Position numbers and translations under genes: made by a program. A stretch of 64,000 bases of DNA from the human T2T-CHM13v2.0 reference genome, Homo sapiens: assembly GCF_009914755.1 (NCBI RefSeq), contig NC_060928.1; one strand, given 5' to 3'. Within the stretch, counting starts at the first letter, position 1, and each line of letters starts with the position of its first letter. This document shows, piece after piece, positions 27,779-41,734 of the stretch. The notes below the pieces were generated by a model. The model was not told where the DNA came from. It worked only from the letters and a program-made list of their open reading frames with translations, and made no database searches.

Positions 27779-28129
27779 TTTTTATCTCCATTTATAATTT
27801 TTTTTAATTTCCATAGGTTATTGGGGAACAGGTGGTGTTTGGTTACATAAGTTCTTTAGTGGTGATTTGTGAGATTTTGGTGCACCCATCACCTGAGCAG
27901 TACACATTGCACCCTATTTGTAGGTTTTTATCCCACACCCCCCTTCCACCCTTTTCTCCCAAGTCTCCAAAGTCCATTGTATCATTCTTATGCCTTTGCG
28001 TCCTCATAGCTTAGTTCCCACATATCAGTGAGAACATACAATGTTTGGCTTTCCATTCCTGAGTTACTCTACTTAGAATAATAATCTCCAATTTCATCCA
28101 GGTCACTGTGCATGCCATTAATTCATTCC

Positions 28130-31100
28130 TTTTTATGGCTGAGCACTAGTCCGTCATATATATATACATATACATACACGCACACACAGAGTATATATAT
28201 GTGTATATATACACCATAAGTGTAATACATACAGAAATCGTATATATACTGTTTCTTTATCCACTTGATGGGCATTTGAGTTTATTCCACGTTTTTGCAA
28301 TTGCAAATTGTGCTGCTATAAACATGCATATGCAAGTGTCTTTTTCATATAATGACTTCTTTTCCTCTGTGTAGATACCCAGTAGTGAGATTGCTGGATC
28401 AAATGGTAGTTCTACTTTTAGTTCTTTAAGGAATCTCCACACTGTTTTCCATAGCGGTTGCACTAGTTTACATTCCCACCAGCAGTATGGAAGCGTTCCC
28501 TGATCACCGCATCCATGCCAACATCTACTGTTTTTTGATTTTTTTAAATTATGGCCATTCTTGTAGGAGTTATGTGGTATTACATTGTGGCTTTGATTTG
28601 CATTTCCCTGATCATTAGTGATGTTGAGCATTTTTTCATATGTTTGTTGGCCATTTGGATATCTTCTTTTGAGAATTGTCTATTCATGTCCTTAGCCCAC
28701 TTTTTGATGTAATTGTTTGTTTTTTTCTTGCTGATTTGTTTGAGTTCATTGTAGATTCTGGATGTTAGTCCTTTGTCCCATGTATAGATTATGAAGATTT
28801 TCTCCCACTCTGTGTGTTGTCTGTTTACTCTGCTGACTGTTCCTTTTGCTGCGCAAAAGCTCTTTAGTTTAATTAAGTCCCAGCTATTTATATTTGTTTT
28901 ATTGTATTTGCTTTTGGGTTCTCAGTCAAGAAATCCTTACCTAAGCCAATTTCTAGAAGGGTTTTTCCAATGTTATCTTCTAGAGTTTTTATAGTTTCAG
29001 GTCTTAGATTTAAGTCCGTAATCTATCTCGAGTTGATTTTTACATAAGGTGAGAAATGAGGATCCAGTTTTATTCTCCTACATGCAGCTAGCCAATTATC
29101 CCAGCACTATTTGTTGAAAAGAGTGCCCTTTCCCCACTTACGTTTTTGTTTGCTTTGTCAAAGATCAGTTGGCTGTAAGTATTTGGGTTTATTTCTGGGT
29201 TCTCTACTCTGCTCCATTGGTCAATGTGCATATTTTTATTCCAGTACCATGCTATTTTGTTGACTATGGCCTTATAGTATAGTTTGAAATCAGGTAATAT
29301 GATGCCTCCAGATTTGTTCTTTTAGCTTAGTCTTGCTTTGGCTATGCAGGCTCTTTTTAGATTCCATATGAATTTTAGAATTGTTTTTTCTAATTCTGTG
29401 AAGAATGATAGTGGTATTTTGATGGGAATTGTGTTGAATTTGTAGATTTCTTTTGGCAGTATGGTCATTTTCACAATATTGATTCTACCCTTCCATGAGC
29501 ATGGGATGTGTTTCCGTTTGTTTGTTCATCTAGGATTTCTCTCAGCAGTGTTTTGTAGTTTTCCTTGTAGAGGTCTTCCACCCCCTTGGTTAGGTATATT
29601 TCTAAGTATTGTATTTTATTTTATTTTTTGCAGCTATTTTACGAGGGATTGAATTCTTGATTTGATTCTCTGCTTGGTTGTTCTTGGTGCATAGAAGAGG
29701 TACTGATTTGTGTACATTAATTTTGTATCCAGAAATTTTGCTGAATTCTTTTATCAGTTCTAGGGGCTTTCTGGAGGAGTCTTTAGGGTTTTTGAGGTAG
29801 AGGATCATATCATCAGCAAACAATGACAATTTGACTTCCTCTACCAATTTGGATGCCCTTTATTTCTTTCTCTTGTCTGATTGCTCTGGATAGGACTTCT
29901 AGTACTATGTTGAAGAGGAGTGGTGAGAGTGAGCATCCTTGTCTTTTTCCAGTTCTTAGAGGGAACACTTTCAACTTTTCCCCATTCAGTATTATGTTGG
30001 CTGTGGGTTTGTCATAGATGGCTTTTATTACATTGAAGTGTGTCCCTTGTATGCCAATTTTGCTGAGAGTTTTAATCATAAAGGGATGCTGAATTTTGTT
30101 GAATGCTTTTTCTCCATCTATTGAGGTGATCATGTGATTTTTGTTTTTAATTCTGTTTATGTGGTGTATCACACTTATTGACTTGCATATGTTTAACCAT
30201 CCCTGGTATGAAACCCATTTGAACATGGTTGATTATCTTTTTGATATGTTGTTGGATTCAGTCAGCTAGTATTTGTTTAAGGAGTTTAGCATCTATGTTC
30301 ATTGGGAATATTGGTCTGTAGTTTTCTTTTTTTGGTTATGTCCTTTCTTAGTTTTGGTATAGGGGTGATACTGGCTTCATAGAATGATTTAGGGACGGTT
30401 CCCTCTTTCTCTATCTCATGAAATAGTGTCAATAGCATTGGCACCAATACTTCTTTGAATGTCTAGTAGAATTCTGCTATGAATCCATCTGGTCCTGGAT
30501 TTTTTTTTTTTTGGTTGGTAGTTTTTAAATTACCATTACAATCTCACTGCTTGTTATTGGTCTGTTCAGGGTATCTAATTCTTTCTGATTTAAGCTAGGA
30601 GGGTTGGGTTGTATTTTTCCAGGAATTTATCCATCTCTTCTAGGTTTTTCTAGTTTATGCATGTAAAGGTGTTCATAGTAATCTTGCATGATCTTTCATA
30701 TTTTTGTGGTATCAGTTGTAATATCTCCTGTTTTGTTTCTTATTGAGCTTATCTGGATTTTCTCTCTTGTTTTCTTGGTTAATCTTGCTAACGGTCTATC
30801 AGTTTTATTTATCTTTTCAAAGAACCAGCTTTTTGTTTCATTTATCTTTTGTATTTTTTTGTTTCAATTTCATTTAGTTCTGCTTTGATCTTGGTTATTT
30901 CCTTTCTTCTGCTGGGTTTGGGTTTGGTTTGTTCATGTTTCTCTAGTTCCTTGAGGTGTGACCTTAGATTGTCTGTTTGTGCTCTTTCAGTCTTTTTGAT
31001 GTAGGCGTTTAGGGCTATGCACTCTCCATTAGCATCACTTTTGCTGTGTCCCAGGGGTTTTGATAGGTTTTATCACTATTGCTATTCAGTTCAAATAATT

Positions 31101-31908
31101 TTTTTATTTCCATCTTGACTTCATTTTTGACCCAATGCTCATTCAGGAGCAGGTTGTTTAATTTTCATGTATTTGCATGGTTTTGAAGGTTTTTTTTGGA
31201 GTTGATTTCCTTTTTTATTCCACTGTGGTCTGAGAGAGTACTTGATACAATTCCAACTATCTTACATTTATTGAGGCTCATTTTGTGGTCTATTACATGG
31301 TCTATCTTGGGGAAAATTCCATGTGCCATTGAATAGAATGTATATTCTGCAGTTGTTTGATGGAATGTTCTGTATATATCTGTTAAGTCCATTTGTCCCA
31401 GGGTATAGTTTAAATCTATTGTTTCTTTGTTGACTTTCTGTCTTGATGACCTGTCCAGTGCTGTCAGTGGAGTATTTAAGTCCCCATTATTACTATGTTG
31501 CTGTCTATCTCATTTCTCAAGTCTATTAGCAATTGTTTTATAAATTTGAGAGCTTCAGTGTAGATGCAAATATGTTTAGGATTGTGATATTTTCCTGTTG
31601 GACAAGGCCTTTTACCAATAATGTCCCTCTTTGTCTTTTTAAACTGGTGTTGCTTTACAGTTTGTTTTGTCTGATATAAAAATAGCTATTCCTGCTCACT
31701 TTTGGTGTTCACTTGCATGAAATGTCTTTTTCCACCCCTTTACCTTAGGTTTATGTGAGTCATTATGTGTTAGGTGAGTCTCTTGAAGGCAGCAGATAGT
31801 TGGTTGGTTAATTCTTATCCATTCTGCAGTTCTGTATCTTTTAAGCGGAGCATTTAGGCCATTTATATTCAATGTTAGTATTGAGATATGAGATACCATT
31901 CCACTCAT
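28130..31908 (-). pseudogene. L1 ORF2 (endonuclease / reverse transcriptase) remnant, frameshifted
   Basis: ORF fragments: EN HISILTLNINGLN..ICCLQETH (31696-31908), LSDHSGIK (31165-31392), [22 protein letters not shown] (29813-30226), [10 protein letters not shown] (29602-29847), C-terminal [16 protein letters not shown] (28257-28631). Confidence 0.93.
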
Positions 31909-31974
31909 AGTGCTATCTGTTGCCTGTCATTTTTTGTTTTTGTTTTTTAAATTGTATTTTTGTTGTAAAAGTCC

Positions 31975-33010
31975 TGTGAGATTTATGCTTTAAAGAGGTT
32001 CTGTTGTGATATGCTTCCAGGATTTGTTTCAAGATATAGAGCCCCTTTTAGCAGTCCTTGCAGTGGCGGCTTTGTAGTGGCGAATTCTCTCAGCATTTGT
32101 TTGTCTGAAAACGACTGTATGTTTCCTTCATATATGAAGCTTAGTTTTGCTGGATACAAAATTCTTGGCTGATAATTGTTTTGTTTGAGGAAGCAGAAGG
32201 TAGGGTCACAATCTCTTCTAGTTTATAGGGCATCTGCTGAGAAATCTGTGATAATCTGAAAGGTTTTCCTTTATAGGTTACCTGGTGCCTTTGCCTCTTA
32301 AGATTCTTTCCTTCATCTTAACTTTAGATAACCTGATGACAATGTGCCTAGGTGATGATCTTTTTGCAACGAATTTCCCAGGTGTTCTTTGTGCTTCTTT
32401 ATTTGCATGCCTAGGTGTCTAGCAAGGCCAAGGAAGTTTTCCTCAATTATTCCCCTAAATATGTTTTCCAAACTTTTAGATTTCTCTTCTTCCTCAGGAA
32501 CACCAATTATTCCTAGGTTTGGTCATTTAACATAATCCCAGATTTCTTGGAGGATTTGTTCACATTTTCTTTTTCTTTTTTCCTTGTTTTTGTTAGATTG
32601 GGTTAATTCAAAGGCCTTGTCTTTAAGCTATGAATTTCTTTCTTCTACTTGTTCAGTTCTATTGCTGAGACTTTCCAGAGCATTTTCCATTTCTGTGTGT
32701 CCATTATTTCCTGAAGTTTTGATTGTTTTTTATTTATGTTATCTATTTCATTGAATATTTCTCCCTTCACCTCGTATCATTTTCTTGATTTCTTTACATT
32801 GGGCTTCACCTTTCTCTGGTGCCTCCCTGATTATCTTAATAACTAACCTCCTGAATTCTTTTTCAGGTAAATCAGGGATTTTTTCTTGGTTAGGATCCAC
32901 TGCTGGTGAGCTAGTGTGATTTTTTTGGGGTGGGGGGAGGGGTTAAAAGCCCTGTTTTGTCACATTACCAGAGTTGGTTTTCTGGTTCCTTCTCATTTGG
33001 GTAGGCTCTG
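31975..33010 (-). pseudogene. L1 ORF1 remnant
   Basis: Positioned between the 5'UTR and ORF2, with antisense ORF1-type sequence (gctggatacaaaattcttggc, cataatcccaga). No long open frame. Confidence 0.8.
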
Positions 33011-35654
33011 TCAGAGGGAAGGTCTAGGGCTGAAGGCTGTTGTTCAGATTCTTTTGTCCCATGGGGTGTTCCTTGATGTAGTACTCTCCCCCTTTTCCTA
33101 TGAATGTGGCTTCCTGGGAGCTGAGCTGTAGTGATTGTTATCTTTCTTCTGGATCTAGCCACCCAGGGAGTCTACCAGGCTCTGGGCTACTACTGGGGGC
33201 TGTCTGCACAGAGTCCTGTGATGTGAACCATCTGTGGGTCTCTCAGCCATGGATACCAGCACCTGTTCCAGTGTGGGTGGCAGGGTGGTCAAATGGACTC
33301 TGTGTGGGTTCTTAGCTTTGGTGGTTTAATGCACTATTTTTGTGCTGATTGGCTTCCTGCCGGGAGGTGGCGTTTTCCAGAGAGCATCAGCTGTGGTAGT
33401 ATGGAGAAAAACATGGTGGGTGGGGCCCTAGAACTTCCAAGAGTATATGCCCTTTGTCTTAGTTACCAGGATGAGTACGAAAGGACCATTGGGTGGGGGC
33501 AGGCCTAGGCATGTCTGAGCTCACACTCTCCTTGGGTGGGTCTTGCTGCAGCTGCTGTAGGGGATGGGGGTGAGGTTCCCAGATCAACAGAGTTATGTTC
33601 CTAGGAGGACTGTGGCTATCTCTACTGTGTCATGCAGGTTGTCAGGGAAGTGGGGGATAGCCAGCAGTTACAGACCTCACCCAGCTCCTGTGCAACCCAG
33701 AGTGCCAGTCTTACTCCCAACAGCACCAATCCTGTTTCCAGGCAGTGGGTGAGCAGGGCTAAGAACTTGCCCCAGGCTACCTGCCTCCCAGCTGCGAAAG
33801 CAAGTATGGATTTCCTTCTTCCCCAGTCAGTGGAATCTGCACACTGGATTCACACCCTTCCCCAAGTTCTGACCAGGAGGCTTCTTGATCAGTTCAAATT
33901 GTTACAATGTTCAGCTGGAAATTTCCTTCTCCCTGTGGCCTTTTCCCAGTGCCTCTGGCAGCCCTCCCAAAGGATTCCTGTGAAGCCAGGTAGGAATGAC
34001 CAGCTTGGGGACCCAGCGAGCTCACAGGGCCTTTTCCACTGCTTCCTCTACTTCTGTACCTCGCTTGGCTCTCTAAATTGGCTGAGCTCCAGATAAAGCC
34101 AAAATCTTCTCCCGTAATCTAGACCTTCAGTTTCCCCAGTGGGGATGTGTGTTTAGAGGTAAACAATCTCCCTTCCCCACTCCTGCAGTTTGGGCACTCA
34201 GCATATTTGGGGTATCTCCTGGGTCCTGCAGGAGCAATCTGCTTCCTTCGGAGGGTCTGTGGCCCCCTCGGGTTTCCTAGTTTATTCCTGCAGTCGTTCT
34301 GTAGCTAAAATTCATGATGCGAGCCTCCATACACTGCTCTGTCCATCTGAGTCAGAGCTGCAATCTAGTCCTGCCCCTTGTCTGCCATGATTCCCCTTTT
34401 TCTCGTCTCAAATTTGTTTAATTTGTTTTTGTCCATGAATTCATCACTGTTTCTATCTTGCTCTGTATATTGTTTATCACAGAAGAGATGATGAGCAATG
34501 GAAGCCTCCAATCTTCCCTGAGAGCAGTAGCATAAAAACCATGTAGCCTCTGGACTCTGGGTTTATTCAAATAGAATCTTCTATTAAAATCACATTCCAG
34601 ATAGGAAAAAAAAAAGTTTTAACTACAACTGATCTAAATATTGTTGACAGAAGACCCCCTCCTCTAAAACTGAGACAATGCCTATTACAAAGACTACATT
34701 TCAAAAGTTAAAAGTAAGCTAAAGTAAAAAGTTGGGACAGAGTTTAGATTTAAGGCTTTGGCCCATGGATTGGCTTGTAGTCAATATTTTCTTGAGTTAC
34801 ACATACAGTGAAGATTGCCACGAATAAGATGACACATTGAAAATAACATTATCTGAGCAGCGTCATGTCTGGATTTTAGCCAAGCTCAAGAAATATAAAA
34901 TAAGGTTATTTCTATATGGTAGCCTCACTGCTGGGTATCTGGCTTTTAATGGTTTAGTGAGAAGATTTCATATTGATTTTTTTTCAAGTTTACTTTTTAA
35001 TAACACAAATAACCTTCAGTAACTCATGAGGTATTCCATTAATGCCATAAAAGTACAAAATTTGAATTTCTGGTTTAGAAGTTCTCACATTTCATAGAAT
35101 GCAAATGTTAGATGCATTTATGCAATCACAAATGCAACTAAGGTCATTGGTGGCAAACAACAGAAAGCAACTCTGGTTGATTTACACAGGAAGGGAATGA
35201 ATAAATGGTGTTGGGATGTTCAAGGAATGGATCTGAAGGCAGAGGAACTAGGCTCAAGAGTCTGTGAGCAGAGCCAGGATCCTGCCCCATCACTACCGGC
35301 CATGTGCTCCCTCCCAACCCATTCCATGCTGCTAGACTCATTTGCCCTGGACATTCACTCTACACCAGTGATCTCCTGAGTCCAGCACAGATGCCATGGA
35401 TAATGTCTCTTCACATCATTCTCTCATTATTCAAAGTCCTAGACAGAAGCTTCTTCTTACTCACACTCAAGTTTTGGCCCTGGATCTAGCTGTTAGCCAG
35501 TAGAGACAGGAAATACTTGCCCCCTCCTTGGGCTTCTGCTCAAATAGGAAAGTATCCAGAAGCTGGGGAATCAAAATGACTAAAGTTTGTTAAAATAAAA
35601 TACCCAAATGAATACAAAGTGAATATTTCATGTCAGTGAAATACCCAAATAACA

Positions 35655-35940
35655 AAGAACTGTAATTTATTGAGGTGACTTTCTTCCAGGCAATGCACTA
35701 TGTGCAATATATAATATATTGCGTACTTCTAGGCAATACACTATGTATAGTATATAATATATATAATTTCCATCTCATTTAATCCCTCATAGCACCCCTA
35801 ATGAGACAGGTATTATCATATTAAGGACAAGGAAAGAGTAACATGCTCAGGGTCACAGAGCTATTGAGCATCAGAGCCAGAATTTAAAGGAAAGCCTTTC
35901 TGAAACAAACACCAGTTCCTCTAACCACTGAACTACACAG
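35655..35940 (-). mobile_element. MIR SINE
   Basis: tctcatttaatccctcatagcacccc...gtaacatgctcagggtcacagagcta...taaccactg. Confidence 0.75.
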
Positions 35941-36934
35941 TCTCTCCATGAGTATTGCCACTGTGGGTTGGCTCAGGGTTTGCACTTACAAGGCATATGA
36001 TGCATGTTTATTTTGGCATTTCCTTTCAGTAGACATTCAGTGAGTTTCCACCACCTATAAGCCACCATCTTAAGCACCATGGGTGGATATAAACATGAGT
36101 AAAGTACACATCGGTCACTAACTGCAATATGGAGAATGACAAAATCCCTGCAAGTGACAAATAAAAGATAAGTCATACCCTGAGGGCAAGGATTGTGTCT
36201 TTCTTGCTTACTGTCTATCCTTAGTACTTAGCATGGTGCCTGGACATAGCAGACTCTCAGTAAGTATTTAATAAATGAATAAAAATAATTAACATTTATT
36301 ATGCACTTACTATGAGCCACGCACCCTGCCAAACCTCCTGTGAGGTACTTACAATGATTAATCTCCACTGTGTATCCTACCTAGGATCACATGTGAGTAA
36401 GGGGCATACAAAACCATGCAGACTGTACTTTACTGGGGGTGAGAGCTTCAGCTTGAGGTCGGCAACCAGACAGCATGCTGGCTATAGCAATCTGGGCTCC
36501 ACATCTGTACCCCTTGGCTTTCATAAGAAGAAAAGGCATCTTGTTCAATGGCTCTGTTAAGAGAAAAGAAATTGCTTTCCCAGAATTTTCCCACAGATCC
36601 CCCCTTTGCATCTAACTGCCAGGAATTGGTCATATACTTATTCCTAAATTGGGTCCTGTAGCCAAAGTGAAGTCATGAGCTGATTGGCCTCGGCCAAAAT
36701 GGCCAGTCCAATCAGGTCCAGAGAAGTATTAAGAGGGCTATTAAATAGTATTAAGAGGGTTCTGATGATTCTTAATAGGGTCAAGCCCTGCAGCTGGAGG
36801 TTGGTTCAACTTCCCCTGGAGCATATGGGCTATTGGGAGATGGGTAGCTACCTGAAAATAAGTGGAACTACTCTCAGGAAGGGGAAATGGACAGATGGAT
36901 GCTCTATCGGTAACTGAATATGTCCACTATGACC

Positions 36935-37585
36935 TCCCTCTTTAAATTCCTACAGGCCCCCGCAGCTCTCAGAATGAAGTCTGAATGCCTCAGCAAAGCA
37001 CACAACGTTCTTCACCACTTGCCTTCAGCCTGATTTTCCAGGCTTACTTCCAAACCTTGCAGGTCTCCTCCCCTGGTTTCCTAGAACTATTCACTCTCCT
37101 CTGAAAGCATGCCCTGCCCTTCCCCTTGCCTTTGCCCATGTGGTCTTGTGCCCGGAAGACTTTTCAGCTCTCAGATAACATGGCAGCTCCTCCTCTCAGC
37201 ACCACGTCCTGCCTACTCCTTTGGGTGAACTGCTACCCAGTGTCTCAGGGGCCCCCAGGAGACAGTCTGCAAGGGCAAGCCTCCCTCACCAGGCTGCAGT
37301 GGTGCCTTCCTTGTCTTTGAATAAAGCAAGAAAATGAAAAGTCATCTGAATGAGTGAATGAATCCTAATGCAATATACTGTCTCAATTTCTTGAGCTTTT
37401 CCTTCCCAACCCTTATCACAATTGAAATTACATATTCATTGACATAATCATTTGTTTGGTATCTGTTTCCCCCCATAAAAATATAAGCTGTCTGGGGGCA
37501 GGAACCATGTCTCTTGTTCACTCCTGTACCTACCACAGTGTCTGACACATCTCAAGGGTTTAATAAATATCTGTTGAATGAATAT
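36935..37585 (+). mobile_element. Two L2 3' fragments
   Basis: Ends tgaatgagtgaatgaat (about 37360) and aataaatatctgttgaatgaat (about 37583). Confidence 0.7.
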
Positions 37586-38911
37586 AACATCCAGAATATA
37601 AAGCTGCCTAAAAACTGCACACACTATTTTTTCCATTGTATCTATTTTCTTCAACAAGGAAATAATATGGCTCATAGGAATGAAGAAGAAACCTAAGCTT
37701 TATTCCAGACAGCTTTTCATGGCTTTGATTGCTGGAAAGAGGCAAAACCCCAAGTCACATGATTTTGTATTTAGAATATTAATTTTCCCTAGGTCATGCA
37801 GAAACAGCGATACTTTCCTTAATGAAATGCTCTTGTACTAGTTTCTATTTGTATGCAAAACACATCATTGGTTTAACATATTGAGACAATCTCCCCTACC
37901 CATGCACACCCATATCTGCCTAGCCGAAGAAGGGGAAAGGCTTCTGATTTATTACACATAAACAAAATGAATAAGATAACATTTTATTAGTTAGAAACCA
38001 TTATAAAAACAGCAATAAAATGGGGCAGTACAAGTGGAAGACGCCCTTATCAATAAATCCTCAGAAGTTTAGGACCCTGGTGCATGTTGTAATAATAAAA
38101 AAGATAATTAAAAGGATCGAATTGCACAGCTGTATCATTTTATCAAGAAGCAGCCCTCTAACAATAGAAAACATCAGGGCAGTAACAGTTGGTGAGTCTC
38201 TAACCTTTTTAAAAAGGAAAGGTATTTGAGATTCAAGTTGTTTTAGCTATTGTGAGAAGAATCCATGTTTACGTTGTGTCGCATTGAAACATGCAAATCC
38301 AGGCAAGAAATGGCTTTCCTTTAAAATCAGTATCTTTATGAGTCTTGTTTCTTGTGCTGAGCAGTAACTGGCTTTATTAAATTAGCCATATCCATCCTAT
38401 CAATTATAGCTGATATTATAACTAACAACTGTAGGTGAGAAAGACAGTTTCCTTACTTTTTGTCTAAGAAAGTCTTGGGTTTTCTTCCCTTGACTGAGAA
38501 TCTTCATTTTGTCTTAGAAAATCCTTATGACACATTGCAAATACTTTTTATACAAAGACATCACAAGGAAACACAGAAACCTCAGAGCTTTTTCATTTCC
38601 CAGAGAGCTGTAGTCAGTTTTTAGAAAGTAAATTGTGTCCTCTACCCTCCCCTCAACTCCCTCCAGGTCAATGTTTCCCCTCCCCCATCCTGGTCAGTTT
38701 AATATGAGTCACTGCCTGGGCTTTGTTGTATGGAATAAAATAACATATTCTCCTGGGAGTCAGTTCATGCAAAACACTCCCTGCTGAGAGTGGAAATTTA
38801 CCCATAAGACATTCTTCCAGCAGCAAGCCCCTGGAGGAAACCTGACCAGAATGTTTAAAGACTTGAGGAGCTCGGTCTCCTTAACTCCCTCAAAATTTCT
38901 CAGAGAAAAAA

Positions 38912-38930
38912 ACACACACACACACACACA
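38912..38930. repeat. Short (AC)n microsatellite
   Basis: Directly visible. Confidence 0.9.
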
Positions 38931-41734
38931 TATTTAAGGTTTATAACACCTGGTGACAAAAGACACAGTGAGATATGATGTTATTTAGAAAGAAAACTGA
39001 AAATGAGTAGATTATTTCCAATATTTCGTCTGCCACTCTGTCTTCTACCACGATTTCTATTCTTTCTATTCTCCCTTCCCATTTTGGTTTATGGTCACTC
39101 TGCAGTCGTTCCATTGATCAATGCATGAACTCTTTCTTTTAACAACTGCCACATACTCAATAAGTTACTTTAAGCCAAGTAGCTATTATTTTGCAACATA
39201 TTTATAAACTCTGATATATTTTCTGTAGTGTAAATGACATCGATTTACCACTAAAATAATACATGTGTTCATAAATGCATAAATCACAAGAAAGCTTAGT
39301 TGGGACTTATAAAAAGTCTTGAAACAAGCCCATCTTTGTAAAACATACACATATACATAATATAATTAATAATGTAATATACACACATACTATAGATACA
39401 GATACTTTTTTTTTTAATAGTAAAGCTAAGGATCATGAAAGAACATGGAAATGGAAGCCCAGCTCAAGAACTTTGCCTCTCCTTCATCAACATTTACCAA
39501 ATGGTGATGCAAACAAATCAGAAGAAATATAAATTTCACCGAAGGCAGCTCCCATCTTACAGAGGGCCTAGACAAAGCTGGTAAGAACCGGCTGTCTTGA
39601 AAAGGCATCAGAAGAGATTTACTTGATGGCCCCTGGGCTAGACATTGTGTCATCTTTTCTTTTTATTAAGAACTTGTTATCTAGGTTTTCAAAAGTGTAC
39701 TTATAATACACTTTACTAAATAGTTTGTAGAGTTGCACAATGTATGCCTGTATAAAAACCCTGTTAAAAATTTCAAAGTTTGCAAACTGGAAGAATAAGT
39801 GAGTGGCTCATTTAATTTATTTTAATCAGTTATATCAGGAAAATGCAATTATATTGAAGGGAACCCTTTGCAGAAGCAGAGAGCAATTAGGTTTTGCGTG
39901 CAGAGTACTTTTTTTTTTAAAGCCCATGTCTGCAGCATTAAAGAAAAGCATAATGTCAATCATCTTGATTTCAAATTCCTTTAGTGCAGTCCTTAAACAG
40001 TGCAAAAATTATAGAAAGCTAAAGCTATTTTTCTCAAGATTGTGTGCAGCTGTTTTCTGCAATTCTTGAACATTCTTGATATAAATGTGTTTCCAAAGGT
40101 ACCCGTTTTTAAAAGTAAAAATTACTGCAGTAATGCTCTTAACCTTATTTTAAATAGACATTTTCACATCATCTCTTAAAGAGAAAAACTTACCAAAGAG
40201 GCCCCTTGAGTGAGCTAAAGTTTCACTAAATTTAAGCAATGGGATTTCCCTGCTCATTAACATCATCTTATGCAAAAGAGTAGCTTAAAACTTGACAAGT
40301 AGATGGCAACAGTGCAAAATGGCAGCCTATTTAAAGGGAATTTGTTAAATTGTCGAAGATGTGGGTGGGAGACAGGTTAAGAAAATTTTATAACAAGTAC
40401 TGCACTTCCAAAGACAAGTCTAAAATTCTAACCTCAGGAAGGGCAGGGATCTCTCTCTCTCTTTCTCTCTCTGCTTTCAGGGCTTTGGGCAGCTTTAAAG
40501 TGAAGCCAATGCATTTCACAAGTAAAAACAATCATGTTTCCTTTCTGCCTAATGTAAATAAATCAACTTTGAGCTCAATATTGAGTTGAAATCTCTTAAG
40601 ATATAGTGACTTATAACCTGTCCAGATATGATTAACAAAGACCTTTGATTAAAAATGGGAATATAGGTGGCAAGTGACAGGTAGATCCCTGGAGCTCACT
40701 GTGCAACTTCTCATTGTTTCATGTATTCTTAGATTTGGGTCATTTTCCGTTCTGTAACATGGGAACTTGTGTAAATTTCATTATTATTAGAAATTCAACC
40801 AGTGGCTTGAAACTTTGAGCAAATACTTCAAGTCTCATGGAAGAAATGAATCACCTAAAAGTACAGTGTCAGCTTCATAACACATGCAACCCCTAGCTTA
40901 GAAAGGTACTGCATTTTCCAGAAGTTCATTGGTAAGCTGATAGTTTAGTATTCAGAATGCATTTTTTTGATAGAAACAATTTCATACGTTATGACTGGTT
41001 TTCTAAATTAACAAACAAGCCTATTTAACTCATAATGAACCAGAAGTAGGTGTTAACACTAATGTGGCAGTATTATAAATACATCGTTTGACCACTTATG
41101 ATACTGTAACTGGGGAGAAATATATTTTAATTTTTAAGTCAGGCTACTGAGAGCAGATATCCTACTCTGCTTCAGAAAGACACTGCAAATACACCTGGAC
41201 ATGAATTTTTAACTCTCGACAGCTCTATGATTGCAGAAAGAAAGGCATTGTTTCCCATTCTTTGATTCATATAATAAAACAACTGTATATCTGACCATGC
41301 ATTGGCTGTATGACCTTGGGCAATTTACCTATTCTCTCTGTGCCTCACTTATTGTGAAATTAAGTGAGGTCACTTTTCTGCAAGTAGACATTTGCTGTTT
41401 GCCTCACCCACCTTCTACCCCTCTCACAGCTGTTCCCCTGGTTTTCACTGGGTGATAGTCTCTCTCTACCCAGCTCTCATCTACATGGTATGACTGGTGC
41501 TCCATTCCCATCCCTAGAGTGGAACACATGGCTTGGGCCTGCCAATCTCAGCTGGCTTCAGGGGTGATTTTAGGGCAACTGCTTTGAGGGTGGTCCACCT
41601 TCCTGAGTAGCTCCAGTAGGAGTGAATCTCATAATGTTTTTCCCTGAGAATTCTGGGACAGAAGTCTTTCTCTGCTGGGTCTGCATCAGGAAAGATACAG
41701 CTTCAAGAGCACCTGGCGCCATGTTAATTTATTC

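Larger units (their letters stand above)
27785..34396 (-). mobile_element. Full-length decayed LINE-1, L1PB1-like (about 6.6 kb)
   Basis: 3'UTR ttccataggttattggggaacaggtggtgtttggttaca. 5' end (reverse complement) ggggaatcatggcagacaaggggcaggactagattgcagctc. Collinear ORF1 and ORF2 remnants lie between. Confidence 0.93.

Noticed and set aside
28157-28250. TA/CA low-complexity run in the L1
   Set aside because: A common microsatellite expansion at this position in old L1PB copies.
33632-34096. Longest ORF (154 aa) on the + strand
   Set aside because: It lies antisense within the GC-richer L1PB1 5'UTR and has no recognisable domain; chance ORF.
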